Of a stretch of 64,000 bases of DNA, positions 1 to 9,309 are shown piece after piece (within the stretch, counting starts at the first letter, position 1; each line of letters begins with the position of its first letter). Source of the stretch: Candidatus Eiseniibacteriota bacterium (lineage in GTDB: Bacteria; Eisenbacteria; RBG-16-71-46; CAZAMP01); NCBI GenBank assembly GCA_965224245.1, contig OZ245046.1, positions 3,680,001 to 3,744,000 on the forward strand, in the 5' to 3' direction. The position numbers were made by a program, and so were the translations under genes. The notes under the pieces are model-generated. The model was given only the letters and a program-made list of their open reading frames with translations. It did not search any database and was not told where the DNA came from.

Positions 1-350
1 AAGAACGTGATGAGGTTGCCGTCGTGCTGGCTCTCGGCGTCGATGAGCTTCATGTCGAGGCGAAGCCGCTTGACGCGCTCGCGGCAGATGCGAACCGCCT
101 CGGCCTCCTCGGCACGGAGGCGGGTCTGGGTCTTCAGGTCGCGAGATGTCGCGCGACGCAGGATCGATCGGAAGCGCCCCAGCTTCTCGTTGGGCTGTCG
201 GGCCACGGCGATGTGGCGGACCTCGCCGAGATCGACGCCGCGCTCGGCCTCGACGAGCACCTTGTCGCCGGACGCGATCGCGACACGATCGGGATTCACG
301 AAGTAGTCGAGCCGTTGGCCCTTGAACTCGACCTCGATGGCGTCCGCCAT
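1..350 (-). CDS. ricT: PSP1-domain protein (RicT/YaaT family), runs off the left edge of the window
   Basis: Manual translation from ATG at 350: MADAIEVEFKGQRLDYF...GDKVLVEAERGVDLGEV...ILRRAT...LDMKLIDAESQHDGNLITF. Lies directly downstream of holB, the usual synteny. Not in the ORF track because it is truncated. Confidence 0.85.
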   Translation of the reverse strand, partial: MADAIEVEFKGQRLDYFVNPDRVAIASGDKVLVEAERGVDLGEVRHIAVARQPNEKLGRFRSILRRATSRDLKTQTRLRAEEAEAVRICRERVKRLRLDMKLIDAESQHDGNLITF

Positions 351-372
351 GCGGGCATGTCCTTCGAAAACA

Positions 373-1518
373 TCATGCCGGGGACGGAGCGTCCTCGGCG
401 ATGACATCGGTGAGCGTCGTAAAGAGCGCGAGGGATGGCGTGACGGAGCCTTCGACGGCTCCGACGAGCTCCTCGAGCGCACGCACGCGCCGGGCGATTC
501 CGGGCACGTCCAGCGTCTCCGATGCGGCGCGAAGCCCGACCAGTGCGTCGTGATTGACGACACCGGACTCCGACACGCCGCACTTCAGACGTAATACGTC
601 ACGATACCACGTGAGCAGCACCTCGGCCACGTGGCGCACCCGCGGGGCGTCCCAGGCCCGGGAATCGCCCAGCACATCGGTCGACAGGCGCGCCACGAGG
701 TCGTCCGGGGAGAGCCCGAGGAGTCCCAGAACCCACGCGCGGGTCTCCAGGACCCCGGCGCCTCCGAGGACGAGGGCGCGCGCGACGCTCCCGCCGGCGA
801 GCGCCGCCACGGGTCCGGCGTCCTTCTCGGGGATCCCGGCTCCGGTCACGAGGAGGTCCCGGATGTCGTCGGCGGGTACGTCCCCGAAGCCGACGCGCTG
901 GCAGCGCGAGCGAATGGTCGGGAGCACGCGGTGCAGCCGACTGGTCGTCAGCACGAAGACGGTGCGGGGACCGGGCTCCTCGAGCATCTTCAGCATGCGA
1001 TTGGACGCCTCGACGCCGGTGGAGTCCACGCCCGCGAGAACGATGACCTTGCTCCGGCCCTCGAACGTCTTGCGCGAGGCCTCCTGCTTCACCTCCAGAA
1101 CCCACTCGGTGGCGATCGACGGCCGCTTGCTCCAGCTGTACACGTGCAGCGGATCGGCGGCCCACTCGGCGTACAGCCGGCAGAGCGCCCCCTGTGCGGC
1201 GTCGTCGCCCCGTTTGGCGGCCTCTTCCTTCCACAGCGCCGCCGGAAACACCGGCATGACCAGATGGACGTCGGGATGATTGAACGAGGCCGTCTTCCGG
1301 CACGACAGACACGTCCCGCAGGGCCGCCGGGGGGTGTCCGCCTCGCAGTTCAGCGCGGCGGCCAGGGCCAGGGCCGCGGTCGTCTTGCCGACGCCCCACG
1401 GGCCGTGGAACAGATACGCCTGCGAGACCCGATCGAGCCGGACGGCGTCGCGGAGCGCGCCGATCGCGCGGGACTGCCCCCGGACGCGATCGAAGACGAA
1501 CGGCGCGGGACTGGTCAT
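373..1518 (-). CDS. holB: DNA polymerase III delta' subunit
   Basis: Motifs QAYLFHGPWGVGKTT, zinc module PCGTCLSC, HPDVH, ASNRMLKMLEEP and LPTIRSRCQ. Start placed at ATG 1518, which overlaps the upstream stop. Confidence 0.93.
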   Translation of the reverse strand: MTSPAPFVFDRVRGQSRAIGALRDAVRLDRVSQAYLFHGPWGVGKTTAALALAAALNCEADTPRRPCGTCLSCRKTASFNHPDVHLVMPVFPAALWKEEAAKRGDDAAQGALCRLYAEWAADPLHVYSWSKRPSIATEWVLEVKQEASRKTFEGRSKVIVLAGVDSTGVEASNRMLKMLEEPGPRTVFVLTTSRLHRVLPTIRSRCQRVGFGDVPADDIRDLLVTGAGIPEKDAGPVAALAGGSVARALVLGGAGVLETRAWVLGLLGLSPDDLVARLSTDVLGDSRAWDAPRVRHVAEVLLTWYRDVLRLKCGVSESGVVNHDALVGLRAASETLDVPGIARRVRALEELVGAVEGSVTPSLALFTTLTDVIAEDAPSPA

Positions 1519-1926
1519 GGGGATTCCGACGGCGACGAGGATTGCGCCCGGAGCCACGACAGCGGGTCGAGCGCCTCCGAGCCGCGCCTAGGCTCGAAGT
1601 GCACGCACGAGCCGACCAGAGAGTCGGTCGCGCCCGCGAGCGCGATCGCCGACCCGGCCTCGACCTGGTCGCCCGGCGCCACCAGGATCCTCGATGCGTG
1701 CGCGTAGAGCGTATAGTAGTCGTCCCCGTGGGCCAAGATCACGGTCTTGCCGTAGCCGCGCACCCAGTCGACGTACTCCACGCGGCCCGAGGCCACCGCG
1801 CGGACCGGCTCCCCGGCGGGCGCGCGAATGTCGATCCCGGAGCTCCAGGTCGACGTTCCGTGCAGGGGTGGAGAGCACGGCCGAAGCCGCGCAGGATCTC
1901 GCCGGGATGCGGCCACGCGAGCGTGC
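1515..1926 (-). pseudogene. envC: 3' remnant of an M23/LytM murein hydrolase activator (EnvC-like)
   Basis: LAWPHPGEILRGFG..HP, then after a 1-nt shift at about 1865, GIDIRAPAGEPVRAVASGRVEYVDWVRGYGKTVILAHGDDYYTLYAH...VHFE...LDPLSWL. No signal peptide or coiled coil. Confidence 0.75.
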
Positions 1927-2069
1927 GCTTTCCGGCGCCGCTGGGACCGGTCACGATCAGGAACTCGCCCTTGGCGATCTCGAGGTCGACCTCGTGGGAG
2001 CACGTCGAGCTTCGATCCGCCGGGGTACCGCTTGGACACGCCACGAAGCGAGACGATCGCGTCGCTCAC
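1919..2069 (-). pseudogene. ftsE: 5' remnant of an ABC ATPase (FtsE-like)
   Basis: MSDAIVSLRGVSKRYPGGSKLDVL, then after a 1-nt shift at about 1997, HEVDLEIAKGEFLIVTGPSGAGK (Walker A), after which the sequence switches abruptly to M23. The ftsE identity is inferred from the envC context. Confidence 0.65.
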
Positions 2070-2338
2070 GGCGCGCTCTCGCCGGGCGGCAGCACGTCGA
2101 TCCGGCAGTACCGGTCGCGGTCCTTCTTGCTGACGTTACCCGCAGGCACCTCCAGCACCGTCACGCGCCGGCGGACCGTGGGCTCGACCAGCGTGATGCA
2201 ATCACCGGCTCGGACGACGTGGCTGGCCCGGGCGGGCCGATCGTCGACGAGCACGCGGTCGGATCGGATGGCCTTGGACGCCGCCGACCGCGTCTTGAAC
2301 ACGCAGACGGCGTCGAGGAACTTGTCGAGTCTCACCAT
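2066..2338 (-). CDS. S4-domain RNA-binding protein (Hsp15/RqcP-like)
   Basis: MVRLDKFLDAVCVFKTRSAASKAIRSDRVLVDDRPARASHVVRAGDCI; 90 aa. Confidence 0.88.
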   Translation of the reverse strand: MVRLDKFLDAVCVFKTRSAASKAIRSDRVLVDDRPARASHVVRAGDCITLVEPTVRRRVTVLEVPAGNVSKKDRDRYCRIDVLPPGESAP

Positions 2339-2404
2339 GTCCTGCCGTTCGACGCGGGCGTGCGGCTCGACCCGGCTCGCGCTCCGGAACGTCGCCCCTC
2401 GGAC

Positions 2405-3718
2405 CTAGCCGCGCTCGCCGATGCCGGGCTTTCGGATGTCGACGTAGGATCGTTCGCGAAGCTGGTCGACCCACTCGTTGTAGCGCGTGGCGATCGCCTC
2501 GCGCCGGAGCGCGTCGCGGATGTCCGGCGCCACCTCGTCCAGCGTGTAGGGCTGGGCCGCCTTGCGGTCCAGGAGCTGGAAGACGTGAAAGCCCACGTCG
2601 TCCTCGACGACCTCCGAGTACGCGCCGATCATCAACGGCTCGATGGCCTCGCGGAACGCCGGATAGAGCTGGTCGAGCGGGAAGTAGCCGACGTCGCCGT
2701 CACCGGTGGGATCGTCGGAGTACGCGCGGACGACCTCAACGAAGTCCACGCCCTCCTCGAGCCGGCGGCGCGCGGTCTCGACCAGCGCTCGGGCGCGCGC
2801 ACGATCCGCGTCGGTCAGGACGTTGGGGATGACGATGTGACGGAAGTGCGCCGACGTGCCGCGCGTGCCCAGTCTCTGAATGATGTGATAGCCGTAACGG
2901 CTGCGCACGATGTCGCTGATCGCCGAGTCGGGCAGCGCGAACGCGGCGGACGAGAAGAGGTCGTCGGCCAGATCACCCGGCGCGATCCAGCCCAGATCGC
3001 CGCCGCGAGAGGCCGTCGGATCCTGGGAGACGTCGGCGGCCACGGCGGCGAACTCCTCGCCGGCGTCGAGCCGGCGCCGGGCCGCCCGGAGCGTCTCCAG
3101 AATCGCCGCCTCGGTCTCGGCCTCGGGCTTGGGCCGGACGACGAGGTGCCGGAGGCGCACGCTGGCCGGCTTCGCCGGCAGTGCGTCACGGTTGGCCTCG
3201 AAGTAAGCGACCACCTGAGCGTCGTCGATCTCGATCTCGGTGTCGAGCTCGGCCCCGACCAGCCGGCGCGACAGGAGCTGACGCCGGATGTCCTCGCGGT
3301 ACACCGCCCGCATCTGCTTCAGCGTGAGGCCCTCGCGCTCGAGCTGGGAGAGGAACGCGTCGGTGCCGCCGAAGCGCTCGACCTGATCCTCGATCTGCTG
3401 ATCGAGATACGCCTCGAGCTCGGTCGCGGGCACCTCGATCCCGCGGCGCTCGGCCTCCTTGACCACCAGGATCTGGTCGATGAGCTGCGTGAGCACCTCG
3501 GTCTGGAGGCTGTCGGCCAGCGCCGGCGTGGCCCGATCGGGCGGCACCTGCATCTCGATCATCAGAAGCTGCGTCTGCTCGACGACGTCCGACACCGTGA
3601 TGATCTCGTTCTCGACCACGGCGACGATCTCGTCGACGACCTCGTACTCCGCGCGGGCGGCCGTCGCCGTCAGCACGGCCGCGACCAGGATCGCGATCCA
3701 CTGTCCTGTTCGGTTCAC
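2405..3718 (-). CDS. surA: SurA-like periplasmic chaperone/peptidyl-prolyl isomerase
   Basis: Signal peptide, VVDEIVAVVENEIITVSDV N-domain and two parvulin domains (SQDPTASRGGDLGW...YGYHII; GDVGYF...GFHVF). Start at GTG 3718. Confidence 0.88.
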   Translation of the reverse strand: MNRTGQWIAILVAAVLTATAARAEYEVVDEIVAVVENEIITVSDVVEQTQLLMIEMQVPPDRATPALADSLQTEVLTQLIDQILVVKEAERRGIEVPATELEAYLDQQIEDQVERFGGTDAFLSQLEREGLTLKQMRAVYREDIRRQLLSRRLVGAELDTEIEIDDAQVVAYFEANRDALPAKPASVRLRHLVVRPKPEAETEAAILETLRAARRRLDAGEEFAAVAADVSQDPTASRGGDLGWIAPGDLADDLFSSAAFALPDSAISDIVRSRYGYHIIQRLGTRGTSAHFRHIVIPNVLTDADRARARALVETARRRLEEGVDFVEVVRAYSDDPTGDGDVGYFPLDQLYPAFREAIEPLMIGAYSEVVEDDVGFHVFQLLDRKAAQPYTLDEVAPDIRDALRREAIATRYNEWVDQLRERSYVDIRKPGIGERG

Positions 3719-3883
3719 GCCTCGAGTTCCCTCCGTCGTCGCTCCGCCGGACGCAGCCCCCATCGGGCGGGGCGCTCCGCATGCGCGGCCGCGACGCTAG
3801 CACACGCGTCGAAAGCCGATCAAACCCGCCTCGCGGCGGACGGGCGGGCCGATCCGGTGAACCCCGGCGACCCGGGCCCGGTT

Positions 3884-4510
3884 TCAGGTTCCGGGCTGGC
3901 GATCGGCGCCGAGGTGCCGAACGTCCGGCGCGGACGTCAGATACCACCGCGAAGCGTGCCGCTCCATGCGGTGGATGCTCCCCAGCTCGACCGGAAGCGG
4001 GCGCAGCTCGCGCACCGGGAACGACAGGAGGAGCCGGTAGCACTGGCGGATGATGCCCTTGTGCGCCACCACGAGCGTCGCGGCCGCCGAGTCGCGGAGC
4101 TGCTCCAGGATCGCGCGATCGACGCGGTCGCGGAAGCGTTCGCGGGGCTCGGCCCCGGGGAAGTCGAACGTCTCGGGCGACCCGCGCCAGCGCGCGTAGT
4201 CCTCGGGCGCCCGATCGCGGATCTCGTCGAGTGTCCAGCCCTCCCAGTGTCCGAAGTCGACCTCCGAGAACCGGGGCTCCACGACCGGCTCGACCCCCGG
4301 CGGCGCCATCAGCTCGGCCGCCGTTCGGGCCCGCGTCAGGGGGCTGGTCACCACGCGCTCGAACCGCTCGGTCGCGAGCGCGGCCTTCGCGCGCTCCATC
4401 TGGCGGCGGCCCTGGTCGGAGAGCGGCAGATCGGTCCGTCCGTAGAAGCGTGTCGCGGAGCCGCCGGTGGTGTCGCCGTGTCGGACCAGGACGAGGCGGA
4501 TCGGGCTCAC
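3884..4510 (-). CDS. Histidine phosphatase family protein (CobC/phosphoglycerate mutase-like)
   Basis: LVRHGDT, SPLTRARTA, EVDFGHWEG and VAHKG motifs. Confidence 0.9.
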   Translation of the reverse strand: MSPIRLVLVRHGDTTGGSATRFYGRTDLPLSDQGRRQMERAKAALATERFERVVTSPLTRARTAAELMAPPGVEPVVEPRFSEVDFGHWEGWTLDEIRDRAPEDYARWRGSPETFDFPGAEPRERFRDRVDRAILEQLRDSAAATLVVAHKGIIRQCYRLLLSFPVRELRPLPVELGSIHRMERHASRWYLTSAPDVRHLGADRQPGT

Positions 4511-6687
4511 GTCCGACTCCCGATCGGCTCGGGCGTCGAGTCCTGCATGTGGCCCTCACGGGCCCCGTCCTCGGGTGTTCCGGGCAGAGCCAGCCGCTTC
4601 AGCACGATCATCGTGACGTCGTCGACCTCCGGGGCATCACCCTGAAACGCCCGGAGCGCGCCCGAGAGCGCCTCGACCATCCGGGACGGCGTCTGCCGGA
4701 TGACCGGCCGGAGCGCGGCCTTGACGCGCTCGATCGCGAACGGCTCGTCCTTCGGGTTGACGGTGTCCACGAGCCCGTCCGAGTACGCCACGACCACGTC
4801 GCCGGGCGCCAGCGCGATCTCGCGATCCTCGAGGCTCACGCCGGGCAGCGCGCCGAGCATCACGCCGGACGCCTCGAGCTCGGCGGTGACCTCGCCGCGG
4901 GAGTTGAACACGATGGGCCAGTCGTGACCGGCGTTCGCGTACCGGAGGCAGCCGGTGTGCATGTCGTACTCGGCGTAGAACATCGTCACGAAGCAGTCGG
5001 GCGCCGTCGATCGGTGCAGGACCGCGTTCAGTCGTTCGAGGAGTCGGGCCGGGCTCGACGGCTCGTCGAGGGTCACGAAGCTCCGCACCGCCGAGACGGC
5101 GTTGGACATCACGAGCGCGGCCGACACCCCCTTGCCGCTGACGTCGCCGATCAGGATCCCCACGCGACCGGGCCCGATCGGGATGAAGTCGTAGAGATCG
5201 CCACCGACGTGCTTGGCCATGATGCACGCGGCCGCGCCCTCGAGCCCCGGCACGGAGGGAAACGCCTTCGGCAGCATCGTGCGCTGGACGTCGGCCGCGA
5301 TGGACATCTCGTTCTCGAGCGCCTGGCGCTCGGTTCGCTCCTCGAGGAGGTTGGTCACCGAATCGGTCATCTCGTTGAACGACTGGGCCAGGGCCCCGAG
5401 CTGATCCCGGGACTTCACGTGGATGCGGTGATCGAGGTCCCCGGCCGCGATGCGGCGCGTACCGCGATGCAGCGCGTTGATCGCCCGCGTCACCGATGCG
5501 GTCAGCGTGACACCGATGACCACGGCGATGATCATGAGCCCCAGGAGCAACGCGGCGGTCAGGATGATGGCGATGCGCACGACGTCGGCGTTCTCTCCGC
5601 CGAGGAACCGGTCGCGCAGGAACTCGATCCCCTCCACGTGCAGGCGCAGAACCGGGATCTGCTGCACCGCGCCCCCATCCAGGATCGCGCCCCCGGAACG
5701 GAAGTCGACGATGTTCACGAACATCGCCGAGTTGAACAGCGACCAGTCCTCGACGGTCTCCGCGACGTCGGATTCCGGGTCTTGCTCGTCCTCGGAGAGC
5801 CGCCGCACCGAGACGCCGACGTCCCGGTCCCTGCCGATGTCGACCGTGAGCTCGCGCTCCTCGTCTCCGGTCCGCCGCACGAGGTCGTAGCCGCCCAGCC
5901 AGATCGAGGCCCGGGCGCCGGTCGCGTCGGCCACCTCGCGGGCCACGGAGTCGTCGAACGGACGCATCACGAGCGACAGATACGCCCGTCCATCGTTGAG
6001 GCGACCCGGACGGGAGCCGATCATCACCAGCGAGTCCGCGACCGCACACAACCCCTGGAACGGCGTGTCCAGAAGCCAGCCGGGCGGACGACCGTCGCGC
6101 GGTCCGCCCAGAAACACGACGGGTGCCCACTCGATCGCGGCCTCGGTTCCGGGAACGGGAGGACCGTCGGGTCCGCCGACCCAGACCAGCCGATGGAGCG
6201 ACGAGCCCGCATCGCCGGGCAGCTGGATCCACCCGGACGCCGAGGACGCCCCGATCGGAAGCTCCTCGGCGATCAGCTCGCGCGAACGTGCGGCCTCGTC
6301 ACCGAGGTCGTCCAGGATCCGGGCGAACGCGTGCTGGGCCTCGAAGTTCACGAGACTCGCGAGCCCGAGCGCGGCCACGATGAGCACCAGCAGTGTCAGA
6401 CACACGAACGGGAACACGCCCAGAAAGAAGTAGGCGACCCCGAGCCGCCGGCTCACCGCGAACAGGTACCGCCGGACGAGCCACCGGATGAGGGCGAGCG
6501 CACCGACGACGAGCACGATCGTGGACAGCACCGAGAGCGTCTCGCCGATGCCCCCCAGGCGGCCCAGTGGCCCGAGCGGGGTCAGATCCCACACCCGGAT
6601 CAGAATCGCGGCCACCACCAGGAGCTTGGCGTTGCGGCCGATCCAGCGTCGCGTGCGAACGCGCATTCGGGGCTGAGACGGATTCAC
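4507..6687 (-). CDS. Membrane PP2C/SpoIIE (RsbU-like) phosphatase with HAMP domain
   Basis: N-terminal TM helices, HAMP (RDQLGALAQSFNEM), then VGGDLYD, GDVSGKG, NAGH, YSDGLVD and DDVT. GTG start preceded by GGGAG. Confidence 0.88.
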   Translation of the reverse strand: MNPSQPRMRVRTRRWIGRNAKLLVVAAILIRVWDLTPLGPLGRLGGIGETLSVLSTIVLVVGALALIRWLVRRYLFAVSRRLGVAYFFLGVFPFVCLTLLVLIVAALGLASLVNFEAQHAFARILDDLGDEAARSRELIAEELPIGASSASGWIQLPGDAGSSLHRLVWVGGPDGPPVPGTEAAIEWAPVVFLGGPRDGRPPGWLLDTPFQGLCAVADSLVMIGSRPGRLNDGRAYLSLVMRPFDDSVAREVADATGARASIWLGGYDLVRRTGDEERELTVDIGRDRDVGVSVRRLSEDEQDPESDVAETVEDWSLFNSAMFVNIVDFRSGGAILDGGAVQQIPVLRLHVEGIEFLRDRFLGGENADVVRIAIILTAALLLGLMIIAVVIGVTLTASVTRAINALHRGTRRIAAGDLDHRIHVKSRDQLGALAQSFNEMTDSVTNLLEERTERQALENEMSIAADVQRTMLPKAFPSVPGLEGAAACIMAKHVGGDLYDFIPIGPGRVGILIGDVSGKGVSAALVMSNAVSAVRSFVTLDEPSSPARLLERLNAVLHRSTAPDCFVTMFYAEYDMHTGCLRYANAGHDWPIVFNSRGEVTAELEASGVMLGALPGVSLEDREIALAPGDVVVAYSDGLVDTVNPKDEPFAIERVKAALRPVIRQTPSRMVEALSGALRAFQGDAPEVDDVTMIVLKRLALPGTPEDGAREGHMQDSTPEPIGSRT

Positions 6688-6916
6688 GAGGTCTCCCGCT
6701 CTCACGTCGAGGGCCTGCACCGCCGGCGTCTGGAACGCTCCCGGGGGGTGGCTCGGCCCGGCCGGCGCCGGGAATCGAGCGCACGGGTCCCAATCGTGAG
6801 GGCTCGGCGCCCAGAACTCAACGCTTCCGAGCGCTCGATCGTTGCCCACGGGACCCTCGGAACCGCACCGGCCTCCCCCGGGTGAACTCCGACACATCAC
6901 CGTGGAGACGACGCAC

Positions 6917-7525
6917 GTGTCCGACATCCCGTTCGATCTGACCCCGACCTCCGACGACGACGAGCTCTGCGCGCGCAGCCGCTCGGGCGACCCCGCCGCG
7001 CTCGCCATCCTCTACCGGCGACACGCCCCGGTTCTTCGACGCCACCTCCGGCATCTCGCCGGCGATGCCGCCGACGATCTCGTCCACGAGACGTTCATCC
7101 GGCTGTTCGAGGGACGCGGTCGCTATCGAGGACGCGGACGGTTCAGGGCCTGGCTGTTCACGATCGCCTCCCGCCTGGCCCGCGACCAGGGCCGCCAGCA
7201 CGCGCGGCGGCGCGATCTGACCACCGAACACGCGGCCGATCTCGCTCCCGCGGACGCCATCGACGCCGAGGCCTCGGTCGACGCCGACGCGCTGGCCCGG
7301 CACGTCGAGTCACTGCTCGACGACCTTCCCCCCGCGTACGCCGAGGCATTCCGCCAGCGCGTGGGTCGTGATCTCTCCTATCGCGAGATGAGCGCTCTGA
7401 CCGGCGAGCCCGAGGGAACGCTCCGTTCGCGCGTCCACCACGCGCTCAAGCGCATACGACGGGCGATGGTCGAGGAGGCGGGCCCCGCGGCGCGGCATGC
7501 ACCGTCCACGGAGGAGACGTCATGA
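6917..7525 (+). CDS. ECF RNA polymerase sigma factor
   Basis: ADDLVHETFIRL, FRAWLFTIASR and LSYREMS...GTLRSRVHHA. GGAG precedes GTG 6917. Confidence 0.88.
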   Translation: MSDIPFDLTPTSDDDELCARSRSGDPAALAILYRRHAPVLRRHLRHLAGDAADDLVHETFIRLFEGRGRYRGRGRFRAWLFTIASRLARDQGRQHARRRDLTTEHAADLAPADAIDAEASVDADALARHVESLLDDLPPAYAEAFRQRVGRDLSYREMSALTGEPEGTLRSRVHHALKRIRRAMVEEAGPAARHAPSTEETS

Positions 7526-8058
7526 GCCCCTCGGTGACCGAGGATGCGATCATCCGCTACGTGCTCGGCGACCTGGACCCGACCGCACGGGACGACGTGT
7601 CCGCCGCGCTCGCGGATCCCGACGTGCGGCGGGAGGTTCGCGAGTACCGTCGGATCGTCGCCGCGGCCCGATCCCGACGCGAGGCGGCCCGCTCGTGCGG
7701 GGACACCGATCCGGGAAACGCACGCACGGAGCGCGACGCGAGCCCGCGATCGACACCGCGGCGGGCCCGGCGGCGCCTCGCCGTCCTGACCGCCGGGCTC
7801 GTGATGTTCACGCTCGGGCGGGCGTCGCTGGAGGTGGCCGGCCGGGAGGACATCCTCGGCGCGCGCACGCTCTCCGACACGCTGAGCGTGGCCGCCGCCG
7901 AGGTGCTGCACGACGTCCCCGAGCGCATCGATCCCGCCGACACGATCCGCACACCTGGGGTCGCCCGGACGCCGGCTACCCGGGGCACGAGCGGAGCCCC
8001 GGGCGCTCGGGCATCGTGGGATCTCGGCGTCGACACGGTCGCCGTCGCCTCGCGATAG
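7522..8058 (+). CDS. Putative membrane anti-sigma factor
   Basis: ATGA overlap with the sigma gene, N-terminal IIRYVLGDLD anti-sigma-like helix and one TM segment. Confidence 0.6.
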   Translation: MSPSVTEDAIIRYVLGDLDPTARDDVSAALADPDVRREVREYRRIVAAARSRREAARSCGDTDPGNARTERDASPRSTPRRARRRLAVLTAGLVMFTLGRASLEVAGREDILGARTLSDTLSVAAAEVLHDVPERIDPADTIRTPGVARTPATRGTSGAPGARASWDLGVDTVAVASR

Positions 8059-8144
8059 CCGCCTGCGCGCAGCGCCAGCGGCGCCCGCGCCAGCGGCGCC
8101 TGCCGCGAGCGACCTCCCCACCGGGCGAGACACGGGCGCTGCGA

Positions 8145-9261
8145 TCAGGGCACGAGCACCCACCGGGTCGGAATCGAGCGACCGGACTCGTGGAGCATCG
8201 AGACGACGTACACCCCCGGAGGCAGACCCGGGCCGACGTCCCAGCGTGCGATGCCCCCTTTCCCGATCACGACCGTCCCGGCTCGGCACAGGCGGCCGGT
8301 GACGTCGTGGAGAGTGAGCGTCATCGGCTCCGCGGACCCGGCGCCGCGGACGTCGACGTGCAGCACCGGCGTCCCCGCACGCGCCGGGTTCGGCCACGCG
8401 CGGGGCGTCGCCGGGACCGACGGTCCGGGATCGCTCGTCGCGAGGAGCGGTCGATCGGTACCCAGCGCCACGGTGTAGAGCTGACCGGTGGCGCCCACGA
8501 CGTTCCAGGACGCCCCGTCGTCGTCCGAGGCGTAGACCTCGCCGGTCGAGCCGCACGCCAGCAGCGTCCCGCCGCTCGCGACCTCGAGGTCCGTCATGCC
8601 CACCTGGGAGATCGTACCGACGGCCGGCCACGTCGCGCCGGCGTCGTCGCTCCCGTGGATCGTGCCCGACGACGTGAGCGCGTGCAGGGTCCCGGTGTCG
8701 TCCCCGGCCAGCGCGACCAGATCGAACGCGGTGATCGAGCCGATCGGGATCCAGGTGACCCCGGCGTCGCCGCTCTCCACGAGGAGACCGGTTCGCGTGA
8801 GCGCGAGGAGTCCCGACCCGGAGCCCGCCCGGTTCAGCGCCACGTGATCCGCCGCGATCGAGGCGCCGACGAGAGAGAACGTCGCGCCACCATCGAGCGA
8901 CGCGAACACGCTCCCCGACCGGGTGAGCGCGACCGGTCCGGACGGCGTGTGGACGAGGTCCACGCAGTCCGATGCGGTCACCGCTCCGAATCGGGCTCCA
9001 GCTGAGCCCGCCGTCGTCCGACCGATACACCGACCCGGACCCGGTCAGCACCAGCAGCTCGCTCGCGGACGCGGCCGCCGTGAGCGCGACCGCGTCGTGT
9101 ACGGGCAGTGTTCCGACCGCACTCCAGGTGACACCGTCGTCGACGGAGCCGAAGACCTCGCCGGTGTCGACCAGCGCGAACAGGGTCTCGGCGGGAGCGA
9201 CCATCGGGGCGAGCGTCCCCACGACGACGAGCGTCGACACGAGGCGCGTCCGGCGTCTCAT
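8145..9261 (-). CDS. Secreted BNR/Asp-box repeat beta-propeller protein with FlgD-Ig-like C-terminal domain; frameshift near 8990
   Basis: Signal peptide MRRRTRLVSTLVVVG after GAGGAG. Repeats of SxDxGxTW continue across two frames. C-terminus AWPNP...HDVTGRL...WD...PGVYVV. Confidence 0.72.
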
Positions 9262-9309
9262 CGGCTCCTCCTCCCGGTCGGCGTGACGGCGTCCACGTGG
9301 CTCGCGCAC

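Noticed and set aside
8072-8100. Tandem GCGCCAGCGGCGCC x2 between convergent genes
   Set aside because: Only two GC-rich copies; likely chance or slippage.
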